A stretch of DNA of 64,000 bases, taken from Podarcis melisellensis. Its lineage: Eukaryota. Positions within the stretch are counted from its first letter, which is position 1. Each line of letters begins with the position of its first letter. The notes under the pieces are model-generated. The model searched no databases. It was not told the DNA's origin and saw only the letters and a list, made by a program, of their open reading frames with translations. Position numbers and translations under genes: made by a program. Positions 1-11,700 of this stretch are shown here, piece by piece. The DNA is taken from the NCBI GenBank assembly GCA_964234715.1, contig OZ174275.1, one strand, 5' to 3'.

Positions 1-44
1 GTTTTCAAATACGCAAAGAAGTGTTTTCAGCAAATAACCACATA

Positions 45-304
45 CAGTGGACGCTCGGGTTGCGAACGTGATCCGTAGAGGATGCATGTTCACAACCCGC
101 AGCATCCGCAACCCACAGCGGTGCGTCTGCGCATGCGGGGGTTGTGATTTGGCGCTTCTGCGCATGCGCAAAGCGCAATTTAGCGCTTCTGCACATGCGT
201 GACTGCCGAAACCTGGAAGTAACCCGTTCCGGTACTTCCGGGTTTTGGCAGTCCGCAACCCGAAAAAACGCAACCTGAAGCATCTTTAACCCGAAGTATG
301 ACTG
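45..304. mobile_element. Tc1/mariner-pogo (Tigger-like) MITE
   Basis: TA|CAGTGGACGCTCGGGTT...AACCCGAAGTATGACTG|TA; imperfect TIRs, TA TSD. Confidence 0.75.
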
Positions 305-808
305 TATTCCTGATACTTATATTTTGTGGAGCAAACAAAAGGATATACTTTACCATACCTAGCAATCTGGTCTGTTTAAACTGACTTGGAAAAAACAATA
401 AAGGAAAAGTAGAATAAACTTTGAGCTATATAGAAGACAATATTGCACATATGGAAACAAATCTGTTGTACAGGTAAACATTTTTTTAAAAATATAGCTT
501 ATAGGAGAAATAAGTGAAGGGTACATACAACAGTCCAATTTCCCCCCTGAATAGCCAGCTCAAATGTGCTAAAGCAGAAGTGTCACAAGACAAGTTACAT
601 TCTTCAAACATAGTATTCAGGAGACAAAACAATTGTTTACTGCACTGGTTTATATTTAGGACAGAAATACATGCCACAAAACAAGCTTTTTGAGATGGCT
701 GTTTTACTGATTTTTTTTTTTTAATCCTGCTTGAAACAGCACAGTCTTCCAACTTCAAATACAGCACAGGGAGAAACATGCTCTGTCAGACAACTTCAAA
801 ATACACTA

Positions 809-1000
809 CAGTGGTACCTCGGGTTACAGACTCCACTAACCCGGAAGTAGTACCTCGGGTTAAGAACTTTACCTCAGGATGAGAACAGAAATTGCACAGC
901 GGTGGTGCGGCAGCAGCAGGAGGCCCCATTAGTGGTACCTCAGGTTAGGAATGGTTTCAGGTTAAGAACGGACCTCCGGAACGCACCAGAGGTGCCACTG
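809..1000 (+). mobile_element. Tigger-like MITE, family A
   Basis: TA|CAGTGGTACCTC...GAGGTGCCACTG|TA; same family at 2034, 46207 and 55186. Confidence 0.85.
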
Positions 1001-2033
1001 TATGTGCAGTTCGAAAGAAAATACGGCTTACTATAACAGAGCAGTCATGCTTATTTGTAGAGACTTGATTTCTTTTAAAATACTTTATGGGTGCAATGTA
1101 GAAAGTCTTGTGGCCAGAATTCCACAAATCCATCCACCAAACCATCCCTCCATCTCTGGCAAGCATGAAGAGGCTACTTCCTTCTCCCAAGTTTACAGGC
1201 AGGCAAAGGGCGAGGAAATGGCATCACCCTTTTAGTCATGCTGCACTTCAGAGGAGCTCTAAGCATCACAGAACTTCACACAACATAGACAAGCCTCTAG
1301 TCTCCATGTCAGAGATCCAACCCCTTCTCCATGCTGAGGGAGGCGCAGGGTCAAAGATATGACCCCCACAAATTCTGGCTGGCTACCAAAGCTTGCCAAA
1401 AGTTGTGGCAAACTGCATATGCACACAGGCTACCAATTTATTTATGTTTTAAAGAGTGGCCAAGCAAGCTGCTTGGTATCCTGTCTGGAATTTCAAAAGC
1501 CATTTGTGGTTTATTACAAGTACTGTGAACAAGACAGCATGTCATGAAGTTACACTTTGAGCACCCATTCAGGAGAGAGAGGCGGGGGGGGGGGGCGAGA
1601 CGGAATGGAGAGGGAGATTGAGATTTACTAAGACAGGGTTGTATCCAATGGTGGCAAGCCTTCTGTCAGTGGAACTAAAAGGGGAGCAATTTTTTTGTGA
1701 TTCTTCTTTAGTCCTGCAGCTCCCTGCACCCCTCCTAAATGTGATCTAGAGGGTTGGTGGTGCTTTAGAGCAGTTTTAGGGGACACTGCACAGGAAAGGG
1801 AGAATCACAGAAAATTACTTCACTTCCCACTGCACTGGCTTACCATCAGTTGAATAACACCATTGGATACAACCCACAGATATTTTGGAAAATATATATC
1901 TGAATCCTGGCTGCTTGGCCTTTGGGTAGGCCAGGAGGGAAGGAAAAGGGCTAGCTCCCAGTCTGAAACCCTTTGCTATAAAGGAGAAGTGAAGCTTTAC
2001 GTGAAGTCTTGGCAGGTTCCAGAGAAGGAAGTA

Positions 2034-2259
2034 CAGTGGCACCTCAGGTTACATACACTTCAGGTTACAGACTCCGTTAACCCAGAAATAGTGCTTCAGG
2101 TTAAGAACTTTGCTTCAGGATGAGAACAGAAATCCTGCTCCGGCGACGCGGCAGCAGCAGGAGGCCCCATTAGCTAAAGTGGTGCTTCAGGTTAAGAACA
2201 GTTTCAGGTTAAGAACAGATCTCCGGAACAAATTAAGTACTTAACCAGAGGTACCACTG
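2034..2259 (+). mobile_element. Tigger-like MITE, family A
   Basis: TA|CAGTGGCACCTC...GAGGTACCACTG|TA. Confidence 0.88.
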
Positions 2260-5060
2260 TATAATTTTTTTAAGATGTGGCAAGCTTGGTCAGGTAGTAG
2301 TGAATAAAATGAAGTTATTAAATATGGCCATTCTATCAAGGAGTGGTAATTTAGAACATGGTGATTCCCGGACCATCCGCGGGCTGGACTGAGAAGGTGA
2401 CTGGGCAGTATCCGGTCCCCGGGCCTTAGTTTGCCTACCCATGATCTAGTTCATCAGAAATCCTGGCACTGGTTCCAACTAAGTGTCAAATGCTGCACAA
2501 CAAAACAAGGTTGTGAATCTAGTAAGAGACTGGGATCGAGTGTGCCACTTACAGACAACAGGAGAAGCCAAGCCCTGCTCATCTATTGTCAAAAGGTAGA
2601 CATTTAAGAAAAACAAATCCAGATGGCTCAGGCTGTTTATACCATTAGTTACAATATAAATGAGCATGTAATGAAAGATACTCAAATGAACTCCAAACCC
2701 AGAAATGTTTATCGATATTTCAGTTTAGTAAACTAAATGTGGCATGCTTTAAAAAGGCAAAAGTTTCAGCTGCTAGGTAGGAGGGGGTTGCGAAATCCAA
2801 ATCAGGGGCTCTAAAAATACCAAAATCTCTTTTTGCTTATCTTGCCCTGTTTTACTTTGGTAGAAACCTCAAAGTGGGGGGGGGGGAGAGAGAAAGGATG
2901 AATATCTTTCACAAGAGGAACCTAGTGATGTCATCGTTTAGATCTGCGTAATATATATCTGCATAATACTTTCTTTTCTTTTTATACTTTTCTCAGAGCT
3001 GCAACCTTCTTGGCTATAACTGAAATGCATCACAACTCTGAAAACAGCCCCTCCATTTTCTTTTTCTTTAATGTTAAATTATAGATCTGCTGTACAAAAC
3101 GGGTTTAAATTTCTTACAAAGTTCAAGTATGACACAGAAGGCCGCCTACACAGCAGAGAAAGTGATAAAAACCACTTGCCGAACTGGGTAAAAAACACAA
3201 TAGTGTAGGCGTATATGGAAGCGAGAAGGAAGAAAACTGAACTCTATTGTAGCCTCTCTCCTCCCTCCTCAAACAAGCTTCACAAACATGGGTAACTGGT
3301 TGCCTGGAAACAAAAAGTGCTAACCCTTTAGTCCAAACAGGCATCACACGATAAAGCCAAGGACAAATCATATGAAACACATGAAGCAATCAGAAAGAAT
3401 CAGACACAGTCCTGGCAATCCTATAGGCACGCCACAATTGTGGCCCACTTACCCCAGTCTTAATATCTGCATTGCTTTTTGTTAGGATGCTATAGGGAAC
3501 ACTGCAATTCTGACGGCCATTCCCCAAGCACCCATAATAATCAGCTGTAGAGAACAAGGCAACATTTCCCTCAGATCAGTCATGCATGGGCTATGCAAAT
3601 CCATAGAGAGAGACACCACCACACCCAACCAGCCAGCCAGAGACACCTCACTGCCCTTCAGTGCATGAGACACTATGGAGTAACTTACAACCGAGAGTCT
3701 CCAGGAATCCCTGTGGACACAAGAGTGATTCTCCTTATACCACTCTCAGTGAGTGTTAATAAGTACCCCTTTGACTGCACAATACGAAGGCAAGGACAGG
3801 TGGTATACCCAAAGAGATCCCTTAGGAGGTGGCCTGCACCACAAACCTAATCGCAAATGAGAGCAGCAAAACAGGTGACCAAGTATGGCATAAATGTGTC
3901 ATGTTTCAACAGTGTGTTGGTAGCTTTAAATTGTTTGACTGTAGGCCAACCACTAAGGTTGGTTCTCCAGAAAATTCTGAACGGTAAAACATAACCTATG
4001 AAAATTAGGGTAATTTGCATCAGAAAACTTACTGATGCCTCTAGAGCAGGAAGGAGGACTTGTGGTGCTCCAGGTCTTACTGACCTACAACAATACCCCC
4101 ACCATACACCATTTAAAACACCATAGATTGTTTAACTAGCCAAAGGCCTGGGAGAAGAGGAATGTTTTTGCCTGGTATATAAAGATACGTAAGGAAGGTG
4201 CCAGACAAGCCTCCCCGGGGAGAGCCACCGCTGAAAAGTCTTTCATGTTGCCACCTCTGGACCTCTCGCAGAAGGGTCTCAGATGATGATCACAGGGTCC
4301 AGGTCAGTTCATATGGTCCATTCCATCATTCCTGATCATTGGTTCTCCATCCCCGCCTTTGAGAGTGATCTAATTTACCATGTCTATTTTACAGGCATTT
4401 ACTAAACAAATCATAAAATGGTGAAACTTTTAAAATGGCAAATTCTCCACAGAAAAAATAAAGCACTGGAAAGTTTTCCTCACATCTGCAGATGTTGGTG
4501 GACTCCCATTATCCTTGACTAGTAGCCATGCTGGTTGAGGCTGATAGGAGTTGGGATTGAACAACACCTAGAGGGTAACAAGTTCTCCATTTCTGGCAGC
4601 AAACATACTTACTGATTAGGCTATAACAAAAATGGGTATAAGTTTCAAATAAGCACATCAGAAAAGATCTAGGGCACAGTGGTAACTGTGTGGAGGAGGA
4701 GAAGATGATGGTGATGATTCTGTAGTTGGCTAATACAACTTTAAAATGATAATGAAAAGCATGGGCCTACATACTCATAATGTAATTTTTAATCATGTTC
4801 ACAACCATCACTGTTTATTATTATCTATTATTCTTACTGCAGGCATAACAAGACTGAACACAGTAATTAAGAATATCCTAAGAATTTTTTGGGGGGGAAC
4901 TACCATACATGTTTGATTTACCTCAATTTTACCCAACTGCATACCATGAATTCTGCTCTGTTTGTGGCACACAAAACAAAGTGTACATTATACAGGGAAG
5001 ATCAGACTAAACAACAGGTGAATGCCCTAGCTGCAGGTACAATGGGGCTAACAGCACTGA

Positions 5061-5366
5061 CCGTATTTTTCGCTCTATAAGACGCATCCGACCATAAGAC
5101 GCGCCTAGTCTTTAGAGGAGGAAAACAAGAAACAAGAAAGCAACGCAAAGCCTCTTGAGAGAAGAGGGAGGAGCGCTCCAGCTGCACTCAAGAGACTTTG
5201 TGTGGCTATCGCTGAAGCCAGAAGAACAAGAAGGATCACTGCACACCGATCCCTCTTGCTCTTCTGGCTTCAGCGATAGCTGTGCAACCTGTGTTCGCTC
5301 CATAAGACGCACATGCATTTCCCCTTACTTTTTAGGAGGGGAAAGTGCGTCTTATAGAGCGAAAAA
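5061..5366 (+). mobile_element. Tc2/pogo-type MITE with CCGTATTTTTCGC termini
   Basis: CCGTATTTTTCGCTCTATAAGACGCA...TGCGTCTTATAGAGCGAAAAA; internal hairpin ~5205-5280; termini similar to 15238-16404. Confidence 0.8.
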
Positions 5367-5409
5367 TTTGGTGGTTGTCGGATGGTGGCAGGACTAGACT
5401 ATAACAGCT

Positions 5410-6065
5410 GGGAAACTCAGGAGCGTTCCTAGACAGCTAGATCATGTGGACACGCTAGAGCATGGTACTGGATGCCTACATAAAACATATGCAAAAGGTA
5501 GCAAAGGTAGAGGAAAGAGAACAGTTTGAAGTAGAGAGCGGATCTTGCAATAAGATTGCCTAGTAACTGACAGCTTCCTTCACAGTCTATGAAAACAAAA
5601 CTGATCTGTTCCATTTGCTGGAGGAACATATTGCATCCATTAAAAAAAGTAAACAAGTGTACAGTAGTTTGCGGGGGTCCAAATACTATGCTCACCCGGC
5701 AGAAAGGACAAAAGTTCACACAAGGAAGCTGACACGCCTAATGATGTTGCATCCATCTAATGGAGCACATACTGGGCACCAAATGTTCATGGTCAGATGG
5801 GACTGTGTCCAACATTCCAGTGACTAAAGCAAAGACAAATGCCACAGGTACACTGCAGCATATAAAACTGCAACCACTTTGGGCTCAAGGAAATCGTAGG
5901 TATTAACTATGTTTCATGTGTTCACTGGCTGTGATGTGACCATATTCTTTGCCAAGAATAGCAAAAAGTAAGCTTGGGACACATGGAACATATTTATTGA
6001 TGTCACAGGTGCATTTCTGATATTGGCATAAGCCTCAGCACTATCCCTGACAATTTCATGGTGCT

Positions 6066-6135
<70 letters not shown>

Positions 6136-6977
6136 TTATTTGTACCCCACCCATCTGGCTGGGTTTCCCCAGCTACTCTGTTGAAAACTCTGCAGCGCCT
6201 CTGTATGACAGAATCAGTAGATGGTGCAAAGTCAATGAGAACAGGCAGCAGCTGTTTTCAAAGTCACAATACCATTGATCTGGTCTAGGGAACCACCCAC
6301 AAACAGGGCCTCAGTCTTATCTGAACTGAGCTTCAGTTTGTTGGCCCTCATCCAGGCCATTACCAATGCAAGATAACAGTCAAGCAGATCCACTGCCACA
6401 CCTGGAGATGTAATGGAGAAATAGAGCTGTGCGTCATCATATATGACAACCAAAGAAGTTTCTATGCAAAAACTGGGCCTAAACCCTGATTGAAATAGAT
6501 ACAGAAAATCTGTTTTCCCCAAGAGTGCCTGGATCTGGTCTGCAACTCAAGAATCTTGTCCAAGAAGGGAAGACTGGCAAGACTGGTTGGTGATTGTGTG
6601 TGTGTGTTTGGTGTGTTTGTGTGTGTATTTCTGCTACTGAATTATTATTATTTTATTATTTATTGAATTTATTTAGTATATTATATAATATAGAATTATA
6701 TAGTCCATTATGAACATACATGTCCCCTTGTTTTATGTTCACTGTTTATACACATACATTCTATATGTCCTTTAATTAGCATTACCATTGAAAACATTCT
6801 CTTGATTCAAAGTATATTCACTTAGGAGCAAACAGTGTAAAAATTAAAATTCATTTATTTCAGAATGGGTGTGAGAGTGCATCCATATGAAATATTTAGA
6901 CATTGTCCATAACAGGTTTGATGCTTTTAACCCAAAGTGCATATATGGTTAATAATCTTGACTTAACTGCTGCACCA
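5410..6977 (+). mobile_element. Decayed Academ-like (XPG-domain) DNA transposon, 3' part, interrupted by an L2 fragment
   Basis: Hand translation gives ENKTDLFHLL, HKEADT (5719-5736) and FHVFTGCDVT...KK*AWDTW (from 5912), with stops and frameshifts; terminus-like GCTTTTAACCCAAAGTGCA...CTGCTGCACCA ends at 6977. Confidence 0.6.
6069..6590 (-). mobile_element. L2 LINE fragments with (AAT)n tail (6069-6135)
   Basis: Minus ORF FQSGFRP...DDAQLYF...WMRANKLKLSSDKTE; 3' UTR CCCCACCCATCTGGCTGGGTTTCCCCAGC shared with ~35170 and ~42816. Confidence 0.75.
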
Positions 6978-7312
6978 TTTGGATGGGCAACTAACTGAGG
7001 AGAGAGAGTTGACAGCGGGCAGATAGTTCACAAACACATAAAAATTAAGACTCTTGCAGCACAATTGTACGTTACGCAAATATTGTATATAACAAATGTG
7101 TCCTGCAGCCAAAATGGTGTCCTCAGCTTGTTAGCTTTTATGGGTATGAAGCATTATATGCATTATGCCACATATAACTTTCAAGAAGACAAAAGGAGTT
7201 ATACTTTAGAAGGGTCTTTGCAAGACAGAAGTTATTTAAGTAGTCACCGAGTTAAGTCATTTAAACATTACTAGCAATCTGTAGTCTATAGTTTGTACTT
7301 CTGAAATTCATA

Positions 7313-7720
7313 TGTCAGGGAACTGACATCTAAAGCGACGGAGGCGCAAAGGCTCACTGAGGGTGAGAGAGCAGTAGCAGCGGAAGAGGGAACCAGTAGA
7401 GGGCGAGCAAGAACTCCAAGGGAAAGTGAGTCGGAGGGATGGCTCAGAGACGCTTCAAGCGAAACCAGTGGGGAGGTCTCAGGACCTCCTATAGGGACAC
7501 CCACACCTCGACGGAAACTGTCACGCCGAGAGGCCAGACGACGTGTTTCCGTTAAGGAGCTTTTATGTTGGAAACGTTTCCGAAAGCAGCCACTTTCGGA
7601 TTCTACTAGTGATTGACGCAGCCATGCTGGAGGGGCTCCGTCACAGGCAGAGGTTTGAAAGCCTGATCAAATTCTGAGGGACTTGCATTTTACGCACAAG
7701 CAGCTCATCGTCCCATCACA
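7313..7720 (+). repeat. 5' LTR (408 bp)
   Basis: TGTCAGGGAAC...CCCATCACA; by eye identical to 12383-12790 except T7672 vs C12742. Confidence 0.97.
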
Positions 7721-7722
7721 GC

Positions 7723-7733
7723 AATCCGAAAGT
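7723..7733 (+). promoter_or_regulatory. Self-priming primer-binding site
   Basis: AATCCGAAAGT, 2 nt after the 5' LTR, is the exact reverse complement of ACTTTCGGATT (7592-7602) in the LTR; no TGG-type tRNA PBS. Confidence 0.8.
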
Positions 7734-7766
7734 CTCCGAAAGCCAGCTTGTGCAGGGAGAAGCATC

Positions 7767-8787
7767 ATGAGCAATCCAGCCGGAACCGGGGAAGCAGGAG
7801 CAGCTGGAGGAGGTCCAAGCCTGGAAGAAAGGTACAGGGCGTTGGAGATCCAGTTGGCGCTGCAAACGGCGAGGCTTGAGGAGAGGAGGGCTCAGGATGC
7901 AGAAAAGGGAAAGGAGAAAACCACCCCGCTCGCCAGAAAGGTGCCAGGATTGGTGCAGAAATTCGGGGGGGGATCCCAGGAACTATCATGCCTTTAGAAC
8001 AGAGATGCAATACGCTCTAAACTTGCAGTTTGATGACTTCCCCGATGAGGAATCGCGAGTGGCGTATGTGATTGGCCATCTCGAATCCGGGGCGAAAGAT
8101 TGGGTTAGACCCCTGATGGCAGCGAATAATGAGATCTTAAAGGACACGAGGAAGTTTTTTCGTGCCATGGACCTGATGTTTTCCAGCGATATTGAGCAGG
8201 GGGTGGTGCGAAGGCAGTTAATGGCTTGCCAGCAAGGAAGCAGATCTGTCCGTGAGTACTGGACTGAATTTACCATGTTGATTCACAAATTGGGGTGGGA
8301 CCTATCGGCGGAGCCCATCCAAATGCTTTTCGAAGAGGGGCTTTCTTCAACCGTCAAAGATGAGCTTTCCCGGGGCCCCAGGGCGGAGTCTATGGACCAG
8401 TTAACCAAATCTGCGCTGGCCATAGGAGCGCGCCAGGAGGCGAGGGCTATGGAAAAGCGGGAAGGGAAAGGAGACCGTTGGAGGGAGTTCCGCATTCCAG
8501 ACATTCCAGAGCCACCTTTCCCGCCGGCAGAGCCGATGGAAGTTGGAACAGCGCGGGCGCGCGCAGTTTCAAATCCCAGTGAAGGGCGGAAAAAGGAGGG
8601 AAAGAGCGCCAAGAGATGTTATCTCTGCCAACAGCCAGGGCACTTTGCCAGAGTTTGCCCACAAAGAAAGGAATGGCAAGGGATGGCAGGAGCTGTTGGG
8701 GGAAAGGAAGAGGAAGGCAAGGAGCAAGTAAAAGCCAACGCCTGGCTGCCACCGTTGGGGCACAGCAGCCAGGCCAAAGAGCAATGA
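7767..8787 (+). CDS. gag: Retrotransposon Gag, interrupted by a 1-nt frameshift in a G8 run (7965-7972)
   Basis: ATG 7767 MSNPAG...VQKFGG joins the next frame DPRNYHAF...HLESGAKDW... if one G is removed; PMEVG motif; CYLCQQPGHFARVC zinc knuckle at 8617-8658. Confidence 0.9.
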
Positions 8788-8795
8788 AAGTGCCC
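8740..8795 (+). promoter_or_regulatory. Predicted H-type RNA pseudoknot at the gag/pol overlap
   Basis: Stem 1 GCCTGGCTGC (8740-8749)/GCAGCCAGGC (8765-8774); stem 2 GGGCAC (8758-8763)/GTGCCC (8790-8795); single A (8764) at the junction. Confidence 0.7.
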
Positions 8796-11700
8796 ATGCC
8801 AGAACCCCCCAGACCCGCTTTAGTGATAGAGGTGTTACTAGAACTGCCAAACGGACACCCACTAAAGGTCAAGGCGCTTTTGGATTCAGGCAGCTCCTGT
8901 AATTTCATGAGTAAGGAGTTTGCAGCTGAGCACCAGATACAGACTATCCCTTTAAGTAACCCCTTGCAGGTGACTACGATTGACGGCAGAGAGCTGTTGG
9001 GGGGAGAAGTTAGCCAACAGACTGTCCCGATGATAATGAGAGTGGCAAGGCACACCGAACAGATAGCGTTTAATGTGGCCATCCTGGGGATGAGCTGGCT
9101 GGCGCTACACGATCCGCTAGTGGGCTGGCATCAGAGGGTGGTCTCCTTTGGGTCAGCGCATTGCCTAGAACACTGCAAGGAGGGGAAGGTTTCGGGAGGA
9201 GACAGAGTCACCCTAGCGGGGATGGAAGTGATGGACAAAGGGAAGGTGCCCCCGCAATACGCAGATCTGAGCAACGTATTCAGCGAAAGGGAAGCAGACA
9301 AACTGCCACCGCATAGACCCTTTGACTGTCAAATCAACCTACTCCCAGGGGCCCAACTCCCAGTAGGCAAGCTGTACGCCATGTCAGACAGGGAGATGCA
9401 GGAGCTGAGGGAGTTCATTGACAAAAACTTGAAGCGAGGTTTCATCAGAGAGTCCCGAGCGGTGGGGGGCAGCCCAGTGTTCTTTGTGGACAAAAAGAAC
9501 ACAGACAAACCGAGACTGGTGTGTGACTTCAGGGCCCTCAATGCAGTGTCGGAGCCCCTGGCTTTCCCTATGCCCCGAATTGATGACATTTTGACCAGAG
9601 TAAGGAAGGGAAAGATTTTTACAAAACTGGACCTGCGGGGGGCGTACAATCTGATACGCATAAGGAAGGGAGATGAATGGAAGACCACCATGTTTACCCC
9701 GTTGGGAGCCTTTGAATACCTCGTTATGCCCTTCGGTCTACAAGGGGGCTCCGCGTGTTTTCAAGCTTTTATAAACCACGTTCTGGGACCTTTGCTCTAC
9801 AAGAATTGTGTGGCCTTTTTAGACGACGTGTTGGTGTATTCGGAAAATGAGGAACAGCATGTGAGGGACGTTCGAGAAGTGTTGGGCAGGCTGCAAGCCA
9901 ACCAGCTGTGGGTGAAACTGGAGAAGTGCCAGTTTCATACCAAGGAGGTGGAATTCCTGGGGTACCGCTTGTCAGACAAGGGATTGGCCATGGATCCAGG
10001 CAAGGTCCAAGCGGTACTGGAATGGAAGACACCGAAGACCAAGAAGGACGTGCAAAGATTCTTGGGATTTGGGAACTTTTATCGGAAGTTCATCAAGAAC
10101 TTTGCCCACTTGACGGCGCCCATCACCGACTGTCTCAGCAGCAAGAAGAAATTTGTTTGGACGGCAGAGGCGGATCGAGCCTTTGAAGAACTGAAAAGGG
10201 CTTTCGCCTCGGAAGAACAACTTCTGCATGTGGATTTACGAAAACCCATGAGAGTGGAAACAGATGCATCCGACCGGGCGGTAGGGGCGGTCCTTCTTCA
10301 ACCGGGGAGGAGTGCGTCGGAGTGGAGACCGTGTGCCTTCTTCTCGCGGAAGCTGAATAAGTCCGAGAGGAATTACACGGTGTATGACAGGGAACTACTT
10401 GCCATTCACGAAGCATTCCGGAGGTGGAGACATTTATTAATTGGGGCACAACACAAGGTGCAAGTGTGCACCGACCACAAAAATTTAGAGTATTGGAGAA
10501 CAGCTCGAGTGCTCAACCAACGACAAGTGAGATGGGCACAGGAATTCTCCAAATTTAACTTTGAGATTTGTTATGTGCCAGGCCCAGAAAACGTCAGGGC
10601 GGACGCGCTCTCACGCAAACCAGAATATTGGGAAGGGGAGGGGGTGATCGAAGAGAGACATGTCATCCCGGAGGACCGCTGGGTGTGTGGGGCGGCGATG
10701 GTGGGGCAACGAGAACTGGTGGAGGAAACGGAAAATGATGAATATGCCCAGGATAAGCTCAGAGGTCTCAGGGGGGAGGGCGAGAGCCCCGGAGGTTTTG
10801 AGGAAAGAAATGGGGCATTGTATTACAAAGGGGCACTGTATATACCCGAAGGTGAATTGAGGGGGAGAGTACTCAAGCAGTTGCATGATAGCCCCACGGC
10901 GGGACATTTTGGGCAACACAAGACCATGTGGTTGGTTACCAGGGAATTTTGGTGGCCTAAGGTGAGGGAAGATGTAAGGGAGTATGTAAGAGGGTGTGAC
11001 CAATGTCAGCGAGCCAAAGGGGAAAGAAGGGCGCCGGCAGGGTTATTAGAACCTTTACCCACACCAGAACGGCCTTGGGAAGCGATATCAATAGATTTTA
11101 TGACGGATCTGCCAAGGTCCAAGGGGAAAACAGCCATCATGGTAGTAGTAGACCTGTTAACTAAGATGTGCCACTTTGTAGCATGCTCACATGCAGTCAC
11201 AGCGGAAGAAACGGCGAAGTTGTTTGTGGAACATATCTTTAGGTTGCACGGGGCTCCCTCGAGGGTGATCTCAGATCGAGGCAAACAATTTACTTCCAGG
11301 TTCTGGAGGAAGCTCATGAGCTTGTTACACGTGGAAGTCAATTTTTCAACTGCCCGGCACCCTGAAACCAACGGGCAGGCGAAAAGGGCAAATGGCATTC
11401 TTCAACAATATCTTAGGTGTTATGTCAATGACAGAGAGAACGATTGGGTCGAAAAGTTGGCGTTGGCAGAATTTGCCTACAATAATGCGGAGAATGTGTC
11501 CACAGGGATGAGTCCCTTTTTGGCTAATTACGGGTGTCACCCCAGGGCATTTCCAGGGGAAGGAGGGGAGAGATGGAGCGTCCCAGCGGCTGAACATTTT
11601 GTAGAAGAGATGGAAGCCATCCATCAGCAGCTCCAGCTCAACTTAGAAAGGGCTAAGGCACAATATAAGAAGCAGGCAGACAAGAACAGAAGGGAAGGTG

